Source: Trichosphaerium sp. ATCC 40318
Taxonomy: Eukaryota > Protista > Tubulinea
Direction of reading: 5' to 3'
Assembly (NCBI GenBank): GCA_038496445.1
Contig: JALMLS010000062.1
Span: 62,001 to 126,000 of the forward strand
Length of the DNA: 64,000 nucleotides
Part shown: positions 13,676 through 25,322 of the stretch, piece by piece
Position numbering within the stretch: the stretch's first letter is position 1
Layout: the number at the start of each line of letters is the position of its first letter
Made by a program: the position numbers and the translations under genes
Notes under the pieces: generated by a model
The model's database searches: none
What the model was told of the DNA's origin: nothing
The model's input: only the letters and a program-made list of their open reading frames with translations

Positions 13676-16600
13676 TCACTCTCTCGGAGGTGCTTTAGCG
13701 TTCGGGTATAGTTGGTGTATGGCTTCAAGTTCCTGTATTATTCGAGTGAAAGGAGGTCTTATTTCAGGTTTTGCATCCCAGCAACGTTTCATGAGATTAA
13801 TAATTTCTTGAGGACACTAAAACAGATTTTCTTTGTTAGAACAAACAAATGAAGCAAAAAAACACGTACCCAAGCCAGATGTGATAGTTTTGGTCGAAGA
13901 CCGTTTATAACTTGTGTCACTATTGCTATTGGATTCGCTTGATCAGGGTAAGGTAGCTTGAATGGTATTAATAAAGATAGCAAGTAATTTTGTAGCATCT
14001 TTGGTACGTACTTGACGACTCAACACTTCCCACATTACAATACTGTAACTGAAAACGTCCACTTTGTTGTTATACTCTGGTGTTACAGCTGCTTCTGGTG
14101 CCATCCATTGGTAACTACCGCGACATTCTGTTTGGAACTGTACTTCAGTTGAAGATGCAATTTGCTTTGAGATACCTATTAAAGCAAAGTAGTCAGTAAG
14201 TCAAATCTTTTCGTGTGGATATTTTTGTTTTTATGGATTATTTTTTGTTGAAAGAGGTGTACCAAAATCGGATATTTTGACAATGTTGTTTTCATCAACC
14301 AATAAATTGAATGACTTCAGATCCCTTTTTATTGGATTATTATTTTCGAAAGAGATGTTCACCAGTGATTTACCATCACACGTGTGATAAATTTATTACC
14401 TGTGGATGACATCATGTGCGTGTAGGTAAGCCATTCCTTTAGCAGTATCATTAAGCCACGTGATCATTTGACCCCAAGAAATCTAGAAAAAAGTAAGAAA
14501 AGAAAAAAAACAACATTAATGAAATAACAAGAGAAAAGACTTACGTAAACATCTTGCTCAAAAACATCTGATAAACATCCTTGACTCATCCATTCCATTA
14601 TAATCCACACTTCATTTTTCAAGTTTGCAATGCCCTTGAGGAAATAAATAAGTTACAAAGAAAGGTCAAACAAACAAGTAGGGCATAGAAACCTTACCAG
14701 TAACTGAACAATGTTTGGATGATGAAGTCTTTTTAGAAGCTTCAACTCGTTCTTAAAATCTTCTCTAGTGACCTTACTCATTTTTTTACTAAAGAGTAAC
14801 TTCTTCACTGCAACATCAACTAAACAAAAAATAAACTCCAAGCTACCAAAAGAACTTAAAAAAATCATGAAATAAAGATCTTCGAATAATTTAGGTTTTC
14901 CTTAATGGTCAGTAACTTGTCTTAGCACAAGTATACAAAATATACTATTATGAAACTAAAACTATGGCTTGTTAAGCAGTAAAGGTGTTCTCATTCGAAA
15001 AGAACTAATCACTTTTTGTGCAACGTACGTGACCCTGACCAATTCGCTTTATAAACAACTGCATAACTTCCTCTACCAATCTCTTTATCAAAAGAAAGTT
15101 CATCAGGTTCAACTTGAAAACTAGATCGTTCTATGCCACCAACCAAAACTGGACGTGCAGGCAATGGTTTGGTCATACGACTCAATTCACTTGAAGTTAA
15201 GCTATCACGAGCAGGACTACCTGTAGGTCTGGGCGGTGGTCGTTTCATCATTGATGGCGATCCTTTGCAATTCTGATTCAGAGGGCTTTTTGGAGGTCTT
15301 ACAGGAGAGGCTCTCTTGCTAAAGGCAGGTGAAGCGTTTCCGTTCTGTTTAAGCGGTGTCTTTGGTGGCCTTGAAGGCGAAGGTGAAGGTCTACTATGAA
15401 GAGGACTATGGTTTCCTTTGGCCGGACGAATAGGTGACTTTGGTGGCCTTGAAGGTGAAGGCCTGCTATGAAGAGGACTTTGATTCCCTTTTGCTGGACG
15501 CAGTGGCGACTTTGGTGATCCAATAGAACTTGTCTTTTTAGGAGAGCGTGAAGGTGTTCTTGGTAGTGGTCTATCAGCGTTTCTTGATAGATACTTTTCT
15601 GGCATTGAAGGAGATCTTTTTTTCAAGTTGATTCTTTTTACGTTTGATTTTTTAACTGGAAATGGTAAGCTCATCCTGTATGCACCTCCTGAAGGCCTTC
15701 TCTTTGCTAATATTGAATTTACCTTCGGTCTTCTTTTTTTAGGTGATGGCTTTGTAATAACTCTTGATAATCTTACTGGTTGACCTGGGTATTGTTGATA
15801 AGGTGGAATCAATGTTTTTGGCTCTTCCTTCTTTGGCCCTGCTGTGTTTTGGCTTTTATTTGATGCAATTTGTGATGATTTGATAACAGGAGATGATTTT
15901 GGTCTTGTTCTTTCCGCTGTTGGGATACCAAATGCGATGAAGCTAAACTAAAACCAAGACATGTGCGTGAACAAAATGAAGAAAAAAACAATTTTGTTTT
16001 TCTTTGAACTTTCGACAAAGATGTCACGTACAGTTTGTTCTAGGTTGTTTATTTTGTTATTCTTCTCGATGATGTGGATATATGATTTTATGTTAAAAGA
16101 TTGCGGTTGTTGAAGTAAATGTGCAGGAAAGTTGAAAGGAATCCTGTAAACGCCAGGAGTCATTACTACCTATAGAAAAAGCAGAAAGTTTTGAGAATCA
16201 TGTCAAAAATCATAACAAAAAATGTAGAGTAAAAAAAAGTACTTTATCAGAGTGTTCACATGTCCAAGCGTACTGATGCATTTTTTCGAAAAGAACTAAA
16301 GCAATCAACAAGAGTTAAGTCAAATACAATAAAACTTTCTTGAAATTTCAGTAAAATAACATACCACCCATTCCTTTTATCTGCGTATCGCTTGAAAATG
16401 AGCATACAGCAAACCCTGATATTTTATGCGGAGAATCAAAAAGTATTGGATTACTTAAAGGTGGTACGACATTGTTTGCTGATTTGAAAAAAATAAATAA
16501 CTTTTTATCAGCCATGATCGGTAGTGGTATCTTATCAAGCCAAGGTCTATTTATCGAGTAAATAAAATTAACAGACATTATGTGCAGCAATATATAACGA

Positions 16601-17215
16601 AAAAAATCTGCACTGCAGAAGCACGAGCGCTAAAATTGATTTTTTCGAAGTAATTCACAAATCCTCTTTTTTGATGTTTCCCAAAATCACGTGCGTGAAT
16701 TTGCATAAGATCGATAGAGTACATTCTTCTTTTTGTCCCTAATAAATAAGTAAATTTATTTTCACAACAAACCAATAAAGACCACGTAAGGTAATCGAGT
16801 TTTCGATGATGTATTTAAGGTATTTACATTATACGTACGCGAAGAGGAAGTTCAAATTTAGAAGTACAGTCAATGGATGCATCAGTAATTTTAAAAGAAG
16901 TGTCTGCATAGAACTGACGCTTTACCAGTATACCTCTAGTCCATAGTTTTATTTTTATAACCTCTTGAGGATCAGGTACATCGAACATAAACTCTTCGTT
17001 CCACTGATGTTTAAAACAGTTAGATTAGCGATGAATAAAATATCATGTACCTGTCCTAGCCGATTTAGACCTGTTTCGTAACTACCCTTGCCTTTACGGA
17101 AACTTACAGTGCAAAATTTATTTTTTGAAGATAAAAGCCCTGAAAAACACTCCTCTGATGTTTGCTCCACCATAAGCCACATCTGGCCGCAAAAGTCCGT
17201 CTTTTTAGCGGCCAT
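13676..17215 (-). CDS. Tyrosine-kinase-like (TKL) Ser/Thr kinase with N-terminal C2-like domain and Pro/Ser-rich linker, multi-exon
   Basis: WNEEFMFDV (C2); IGRGSYAVVYKANW, VAVKK, HPNIVQLL, AKGMAYLH..VIHRDLKS.NLL, KISDFG, WMAPE, KVDVFSYSIVMWE, CWD.KP..RP.F. The 3' end (TGA 13676-13678) is approximate. Confidence 0.9.
15360..15516 (-). repeat. Coding tandem duplication (about 66-72 bp unit) in the kinase linker
   Basis: PKSPLRPAKGNQSPLHSRPSPSRP / PKSPIRPAKGNHSPLHSRPSPSPSRP with matching DNA. Confidence 0.8.
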
Positions 17216-17830
17216 TGTTAATATTACGTCTTAAAACAATGTAATACGGGCGTCGTTACTAAAGCGTCACGTGATTTGGGCTAAATTAAGCGCTAAATAA
17301 TTGTTGGGTATACTTTGTTTTTTTGGGTAATAAAACCTCACACAAAGAACAATTGAGTGAGCGTTTATTATACTTATCGTGTGGTATTACAAATGACACG
17401 TATAACACTCTCTTTGGTAGTGTATTATACGGGCACATGTGGTTGGGACGTAGAAATGGCGTAGGTGTATAAAATCACGTGTCAATTCAAATATTAATTT
17501 CTTACTTGATGTACGCATATAAAGGCATCGACTGATTGCGTCTTAACGTCTCCGTAATGGATAGATACCTTCGATATACAAGATAAAAACTTTAGGCTAA
17601 TTTCCTCTCCAGATAATAAACAACCAGTGGTAGCAAAGGTTTCGTTGCCAAAACTGGCGTTTGAGCGTTTAACCAGAACTTCACCTTAAGTTTACACTCG
17701 GATCAACAACCTCTCTATAGCGTGTACAAGTAACGTTTTGTGCGTCAATGATCCAGTACGTGTTCTCAACTGCTTTGGGGTTTGTTCGTGTTCAAACAAA
17801 AATAACCTGAAGCTATTTCCAGTTTTGGCA

Positions 17831-17952
17831 GATAATACTATTCTTAGCAGGGAGTGGTAGTGTTGAGTTACATGGTACAGATTGTATTAAAGCGGCGACA
17901 ATAATCATAAACCAACAGACGAGGTACATACCTTTTGTTCTTATTTCCTTCC
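17831..17952 (+). pseudogene. Frameshifted duplicate of one exon plus donor of the downstream C-type lectin gene
   Basis: Aligns to 20008-20131 (ATAATACTA..TTCTTAGCAGGGAGTGG..GTTGAGTTACATG..ACGAG|GTACATACC..TTATTTCCTTCC) with small deletions. Confidence 0.85.
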
Positions 17953-18469
17953 TGTTTTTTTTGATACATTTTCGTTTGGACAATCGTGTGCAATTATAGT
18001 GCTTCTGTACACGTTGTTATTGAGTCTACTATTACTCATCACTTTCTCCCTGTTATCTAGTAGCTTTAGGGATCATTTAAAACGACATGTAGTAAAAAAA
18101 GCAAACAAAAAAAGAACTGCCTAGTTTTACTAAATAAAAAATTACATTTCAAATGGTTCGCCATTTCAAAATTTGTGATAGAACGCCAGTGGCCCTGCTT
18201 GAATCGCTCATGCGCACGAACCCGTACACTCATATCTAGTAGCCCAGTTTGTTTAACATGATTCTGTTTGTACTCTATTGCACAGAAATTTCGTATTGAT
18301 CGGGACGGTACGATTTCGAAAACTACTAGTGTAAATAGAAAACTGTGGAGCGATTAAGTTTCCTAAATAAGAAGGTTAAGCACTCTTGCCCAAAATACCC
18401 AAATAGCCTCACAAACGGGAACCTTGGCTATCTGAGGCGTATTCGCAATTGTAGATTGTTAATAGAACG

Positions 18470-20435
18470 ATGAAAGCACAAAACCGAGTGTTATTTACGC
18501 TAGTTGCGTTCTTTTGCTTGAGTCAAGTGTATGGTGGCGTTGTATCGACGTGCTCTTATGCTGGGAGGAAATATCAGCTTCACGACAACGCACTTTCAAC
18601 TATTGATTATCCAATGGGATGGGAGAGCGCATGTACAGGAGGTATCATCAACAGTTTATTATTTTGTAGAATTAGCGTCAAAGCAACGCGAAAAAGTGGT
18701 TTCCTTCTCGCTAAATTACGGTAGAGTATGAACCTTTAAAAATAACAGGACTGGATGAAGCTGTTGCAATGGCAAACTTTCCGGTACGTAAAAAAAGAGC
18801 ATCTTGGTCTAAAAACTGTTTTTCGCTGACTCTTTGTTTTTCTTTGTACAGCCAATACGACTTAGTTTGGAGAGTGAATCAGCGTGGGCAGATTCGACTA
18901 TTATCATAGAAGCACTGTACAAGTCTTGGGAGAAACCAACGTTTCCCTGTGCCCGATACGAAAGAGGAGTAAGTACTTACTTTATATGGTTAACAGAACA
19001 CAAACCAATACTCATTTTTTTGTATTAGGTAATCCTGAACAGTGGATGTGACAACGTTACACATTTCGTTTGTGAGGCTCCTACAGATGTACAACATTCT
19101 TCTTGTATTCAAACGGTCAATGATTGTACAACAGGTGCTCATAATACAGCAGAGTACGAAGGTAAGTAGCCAGGGCTTTTTTTTTCTTGTTTACTTAAAC
19201 CAGGACACTGTTATTCTCGGTTTAATATTTCATCTCCTTGGATTAACTCAGAGCTTATATGTCGAAAACGTGGTGGATATTTAGCTGTATTATCATCTAG
19301 TGATGAGTTTGATTTTGTACAGAGTAACATTACCGGCACAGATACTAACTTGAGGTGGACATCCTTTGGTCTTACAGCATTCAACCGTAATAATAAATCA
19401 GATTTTGCTTGGGTACGTTTCAACGTTGGTTAAGAGTCTTCGCTTAACTCTTTATTTACTAGCAAACAAGCCCAACATATGAACCTTTTGATTATGGATC
19501 AACATTTTTGCCAATACCTACAATGCCTTGGGATTATGACAACCCTTCCTATGTTGAAGCATGTGGTCTAATGTGCGTTTTTTTTTGTACAACTATTAAC
19601 ATTCTTTCCACCTTTGTAGATGATATGTACATTCTTTTAACACATGCTATTTAGAATAAGTTATGGGAGGTGGGGAGATTATGCATGTTCACTCGATGAG
19701 CTCCCACAGACTGGTGTTTTTCCAATCGTACCTTTATGTGAGTTCGATTTCTTAGCAGGAATGGGTCCTACAACTCAACCAACAGAAGCACCGCCAGAGG
19801 CGCCTTCAGAAATTACACCAACAGATATTACCCCCGCGGCAGTACCAACAACGAGTAATGGAAATGCACCTATTTCTATGGTTTGGAGTGACCATTCAAG
19901 AAAAAATGAGTACATACCGCTCAATGGCATAACGACAATACAGGGTACAAAGTTTGTAATTTTATTTGTAATATATGCTGATACTTTTAGGTCATTTGGA
20001 TGTACCCGATAATACTATATTCTTAGCAGGGAGTGGCAGTGTTGAGTTACATGTTACAGATTGCATTAAAGCGGTGATGATAATCATTAAACCTACAAAC
20101 GAGGTACATACCTTTGTTCTTATTTCCTTCCAAGTTTTTTGATTCGGAAAAAATGTGTTTCTTGTTTTATTTTCAATTTCACGTGCTTATTTCTGTTTTA
20201 GACGTCGAATGTAACAGTTTCACTTAGTGATAGCTGTGATGTAGTACAACTTATTACTCCTGAAGGAGTTTGTAAGAAGGTAACAAAGAAACAGGTATTT
20301 GCAAAAACTATAATTCTTATGGAGTTTAAATTGACAAGCGATACTGATTGTAAATCTGGTGCTAGTGTGCAAACACACACTACAATATATATACTGATAT
20401 TGAGTATATTATCTCTAATCAATGTCTTGCTGTAA
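18470..20435 (+). CDS. Secreted/surface C-type lectin-domain protein (two CTLD-like units, PT-rich stalk, hydrophobic C-terminus, possibly GPI-anchored), multi-exon
   Basis: Signal peptide MKAQNRVLFTLVAFFCLSQVYG; SWINSELICRKRGGYLAVLSSSDEFDFV; WGDYAC...PLCE; C-terminal IYILILSILSLINVLL*. Confidence 0.75.
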
Positions 20436-21006
20436 CCAAGTTGCAGCTTCAAAAAAATATACACGGAAAAAAAAATCCAAAATAAAAGTAGTGAACATCA
20501 AGAGTACCAAGAAACAATACTTATATTTAGTTCCACTAACAAAAAAGGTGAAGGCAGAACAGAATAGGAAGTTCATATGGGTAGAATTTTAAGCTAAAGA
20601 TGTTTACAATTATTTAAGTGTTGTTCCAATACCATTTCTTAGTACAACAAAAGGGTTTAAGTGAGTCAGGCCCATAATGCATCAATGACCTACAAGATGA
20701 CTCACAGAGCTATAAAATATGTAGTAATTTACTTGGTGATCAGAACAATACGAACTACAGCACTTCAACATTCCTGCAAAATCACTAAATCAAATTACTG
20801 ATAACGAAGTCAATTGTAGTTAGTAATCAACACATGACAAGTCCACCTGTTTTTACCACATTCTACTTGTCCTCGTGTTGTAATTTTGTGGTCTTGTACC
20901 CCGATAGATACCAGGTGTATCACGTGATATTCATGTTAGTTATACGTATAAACAGCCAATAATTCATGGTGAGTATTTATTGTCACATGAAACTTTAAAA
21001 CTGGGT

Positions 21007-22466
21007 TTACAATGGATCATACTTGTATGGTGTTGGGCCGAATACATCATCATCTGAGTCATATCTCTTTTTCTTTCGATGATCGTACTTACGTCCAGTA
21101 AAGAAGAACTGAAATAAAACGCCAAAGATCATTAATGCAGGAGTACCACAGAGGAGCAATAAAACTTTCCACGTGCTAATTTCATTAATGGTAAAAAAAC
21201 GACAAAAAAGTTGTGCCACTACACGTGGTAGCCATGTAATTTTTTGTTGATTAATGTGTTTAGTGGTGTCGATTATTTTAATATATCAAAAACGTACTAG
21301 TGAGTTCCATCAGGAAGCTCTTCGTAGAGGATAAGAAGTGGTAACATTTTCATAAAATGAGTTTTTAACCAAATAATATCCAACGCAATCGCTAAGGTTC
21401 ACATTAGTTTCCTTACGTCTCAAGAACACTAAGTACTGTACCTATCGAGTACGCTCCTAGCATAGATGTTGCTATGATGAGAATGATCTTCTGTAATAGT
21501 AGAGCAATGACCCCAAACGACTGAACAAAGAATAAGCAACAGAGATATAAATTGAATCATTTTCAAGAATGTGTCACTCAGTTGTTTCCAGAAAATAATG
21601 CAACATACCAAACCTGCCCCGCCAACGAGTATATACTGATACAGTGTACTAAGAACGTTATTAGACTATAACAAAAAAGAAGTTTGGCCTACCGAGTTAA
21701 GTACTTTGTCCCGATTGGAGTTGTTAGTAAGAGTGCACCAAGTACGAAGCCTATACCGCAGATGAGTCTATATTTGCTCATTCAATAGTGTATACACTCA
21801 CCAAATGTTACTCCTGAAAAGAAGATTCCAACATAAACAATAAAGAGGAGAATTAACCCAAAAATCATGCCTGCACGTGGTTAACAAAAGCGTACGCTAA
21901 AGAGGCGAGAAATATGTGTGCGAAAAAACATAAATTGCCAATTTGATCTATTGTGACGTACCGATTGCTCCAGAAATTAACAAGGTTAAATACCAAGGAA
22001 TGGATACATGGCTACCAAAAGCTACAAGAGATACGAAGAACATGAGTAAGAATCCATTGGTGAACAAAGTTATCTAAACAGAACGTAAAAATCACGTGTT
22101 TAAGAAAATGTGGTAAGAAAAAAAACCAAGAAAGACGTTGATGATTACCCTGAACAGCCTGTAACCCGCTACAAGATAAATTAAGCCAAAAAGAGCCAAT
22201 ACGCCAGTCACAGCTACGAACAAAATTATACATTCGTAATTAATCAGTAGAAGGTGCTACAGACGCGTACCGTAGTCAAAGTACTTTATTACAGGTTCAG
22301 GAAAGTGAGTTACTAGACAGAAAAAAATTAATATTTAGAAATCATTTCGCTTTACTGTTGCTTTGAACTTACGCCATTGGGTCCCGTTATTTGATATTAT
22401 ATCGCTATTATCTAGCGCGCTTATCAAAACAGCAAATAAGAGAACACAAAGGGTGTATCTCAACAT
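21007..22466 (-). CDS. TMEM198/TM7SF3-like (DUF4203) multipass membrane protein, multi-exon
   Basis: Signal peptide, then GLIYLVAGYRLFRVII, ISGAIG, VYVGIFFSG, TSVLGSASIAM, FGVLFQFFFTG. Confidence 0.75.
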
Positions 22467-22696
22467 GAGAGTTATATATGAGGGCGAAGGAACAGTTGTT
22501 ACAAAAATGCGGATGTTTTTGGAATGAATCACGTGGTTTCAAGTCTTCAGCGTCCAAACCCCACGAAATTTCCATAGAAATAGAAACTATTACACTTAAC
22601 AGTGGTAGCATTATTAATAGTTTCCTCACCAAATAAATGTACTTAAGAAGAACTGTTATTGTTTTATTGTATGCCTGTATTTTTATGTTTGTCAGA

Positions 22697-23746
22697 CTAA
22701 AACTTAAAAGTGTACATACCGTATTTTAGATTCATAGAGCATTTTCGGTATTGGGTGCATTGTATTGTCACCTTTTTACAATACACAATTTCAATGTGAT
22801 GAACGTTAAAATCCACAAGTGCCTTTATACCTTCATCTGTTATGCTATTACACGCCTCTAATTTAATTGTATGAACACCTTTGAGGGTTTTGATTGCTTC
22901 ATCTGTAACATGTTTTAAAGCCTTCAAGGTTATTGTATGAACACCTCCAAGTGTCTTAATACCACTGTCTCTTACTTGTCCACAGTTACACAAGGTAACT
23001 GAATGTACATTCTTAAGTGCTTTTATACCTCTATTTGTTATATTGGGACAAAATTCCAAGATGATAGAATGGACATCTTTCAACGCTTCAATGCCTTTGT
23101 CAGATAATCGACAACACTGTGATAATGTGATTTTATGAACACCTTCAAGTGCTTTGTAGCCTTCATCTGTTACTTGATCACATGTCATAATAGTAATGGT
23201 ATGAACACCTTTCAGCGCTTTTATACCTTCATCTGTTATTGAGCTACTCCTAAGGTATATTGTATGTACTCCTTTTAGTGCTTCGACACCTTTATCTGTT
23301 ATTCGTGTACATCCTTCTAACTTAATAGTGTGAACACCTTTGAGTGCTATGATAGCTTTGTCTGTTAAGTTTCTACACTCTACCAAAGAGATTGTATGAA
23401 CTCCTTTGAGAGCTTTGATACTCTTGTCTTTTATAGTATGATCACACAATGTAATATCATGGACTCCCACAAGGTACTTGTAGTTGTCATTAAATTTTGC
23501 ATGTGGATAAATTATAATCCTCTTGGTTTTTATAAATTTCGGTGCTTGCTTCCACAGTCTCTTTAGATTTTTTGGATTATTTATTGCTATAGTTGTGCGC
23601 TTGTATCCAAGGTACTTTCTTGTAATTGTGATGAACAGAGAGCATGTTCGAACAACAGATTGAAGAGAGGACTCGGGAATAAAGTTTAAAATAAGTACTA
23701 TTACCTCCACAGGCAAGTAATCAATAAATTGGGTACTTGACTTCAT
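22697..23746 (-). CDS. Intronless F-box plus about 10 'KGVHTI-L' leucine-rich repeats
   Basis: F-box IDYLPVEVIVLILNFI..SL.SV.RTCS.F; 21-22 aa repeats GVHTIxLxxCxxITDxGIKAL. Confidence 0.9.
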   Translation of the reverse strand: MKSSTQFIDYLPVEVIVLILNFIPESSLQSVVRTCSLFITITRKYLGYKRTTIAINNPKNLKRLWKQAPKFIKTKRIIIYPHAKFNDNYKYLVGVHDITLCDHTIKDKSIKALKGVHTISLVECRNLTDKAIIALKGVHTIKLEGCTRITDKGVEALKGVHTIYLRSSSITDEGIKALKGVHTITIMTCDQVTDEGYKALEGVHKITLSQCCRLSDKGIEALKDVHSIILEFCPNITNRGIKALKNVHSVTLCNCGQVRDSGIKTLGGVHTITLKALKHVTDEAIKTLKGVHTIKLEACNSITDEGIKALVDFNVHHIEIVYCKKVTIQCTQYRKCSMNLKYGMYTFKF

Positions 23747-24015
23747 AATACAATCTTTGGGTCTTTATCTTTTACTAGACGATTGAATAAATTATATTTA
23801 AGCTCCTCGCCCGAGCAAAACTGATGTAAAAGCACGTGGAACTAAAAACAATGACCAAAAAAACAGGCTTTTAAACTAAAAACCCAACGTGAACTTTCTC
23901 AACCGCAAGTACTCCCCACAACCAAGCTGTTACATACGGAAAATACACTTTAGTCACGTGTTTGTAATTATTACAATTGACTTAGGTATTCAGTATTAAA
24001 AGTCGGTACACAGCA

Positions 24016-24846
24016 ATGTTGGCGACATATAACATTAAACCACATCAACAGTTGCCACCAGAGATGTTCATGCGTATTCTACGTTATCTCAATAGAAAGA
24101 ACCGAATTACAGCTTCTGCAGTATCTCACCTATTCAACGCTTTAATTCGCCATCATATTGGTTTTGATTGGTTAACATTATCCACATCATCGGACTACCG
24201 CTTTCTTGTAGGGAGCCCGTTACTTAAAAACACCACAATCGAAATTGACTTTGCTAATCCTCCATCACAAGGTGACCTGGCTTGTCTCAGAGGTGTTCAC
24301 TCCATAAATCTGGATTTTTTAGGTATTACAGATACACAGATACTTGAGCTAGTAAAAGATGGAGAGCATGATATTCACGTGATATCATTGGGCAATGCAG
24401 ATATAACAGATGTTTCACTACATGCACTCAGTGGTGTACACACCATTGATCTTTTATCTTGTTACAGAATTACTGTTGAAGGAATAAAAGCGCTTAAAGA
24501 TGTACATGAGATCACAGTCTCCAATCCAAAAGATTCATGGCTCAATCATCTTTGTAATATACACACTGTTAATATTTATGGTGCTGGAAAAATTACAGAT
24601 GATGGTCTCAAAACATTAACCAATGTCAAACATCTTGATTTGTGTGATAGAAGTATTGGTGAAAGTACAATAACAGACTCGGGTTTGAAGACATTGGTAA
24701 ATCTTGAACACTTGACACTTTCACATTGCTACACAATTACTAAATCGTGTTTGAAACATATGACTTCTCTTAGAACCATTAAAATCACCAAAAGCCTGAT
24801 ATCAAAAGATGATGTAGATGCGTTGGGTATAACTTGGATTGATTAG
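24016..24846 (+). CDS. Intronless F-box plus LRR protein (diverged paralog), divergently transcribed from 22697-23746
   Basis: F-box QLPPEMFMRILRYL...ITASAVSHLF; repeats such as SGVHTIDLLSCYRITVEGIKAL. Confidence 0.88.
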   Translation: MLATYNIKPHQQLPPEMFMRILRYLNRKNRITASAVSHLFNALIRHHIGFDWLTLSTSSDYRFLVGSPLLKNTTIEIDFANPPSQGDLACLRGVHSINLDFLGITDTQILELVKDGEHDIHVISLGNADITDVSLHALSGVHTIDLLSCYRITVEGIKALKDVHEITVSNPKDSWLNHLCNIHTVNIYGAGKITDDGLKTLTNVKHLDLCDRSIGESTITDSGLKTLVNLEHLTLSHCYTITKSCLKHMTSLRTIKITKSLISKDDVDALGITWID

Positions 24847-25322
24847 ATTAGTTTTATTCAACTTACAACTTGGGTAGTTTGTATTACTAACTATAAACAT
24901 GCGATTTGCACAATACTTCTGTTAAGCTGGTGAATAGGTTGTCAACTTTATTCGAACTAAAAGAAGCCGTTGGTGAGCAGCTCTCTGTAAAAAGTACATT
25001 GTGCTGTCACCATCCCTGGCAACATAAAACAGTCTAAGCACAATACCATTACAATTTTGCTGGTCTGTATGTCGCTATCTTTAAAAAAAACATAATGTGA
25101 AAGCTTAAGCAGCTCCCATCCAATAGGGATGTGTATGTGCTTCGATTACTTGTTCGTTGTAATTGCACTGCAACGTGATTTTTAGGTTAATTGTAAATTG
25201 AGCCTGGTAACTGAACAGCTGCATGGTGAAATCATTTGTTTTTATTGATTACTCGTTTTTTCTTTTTTCTTTTTTTTTCCCTTTGGAGGCTTTCAAGACA
25301 GCCCACGTGCTTTGATTTTTTT

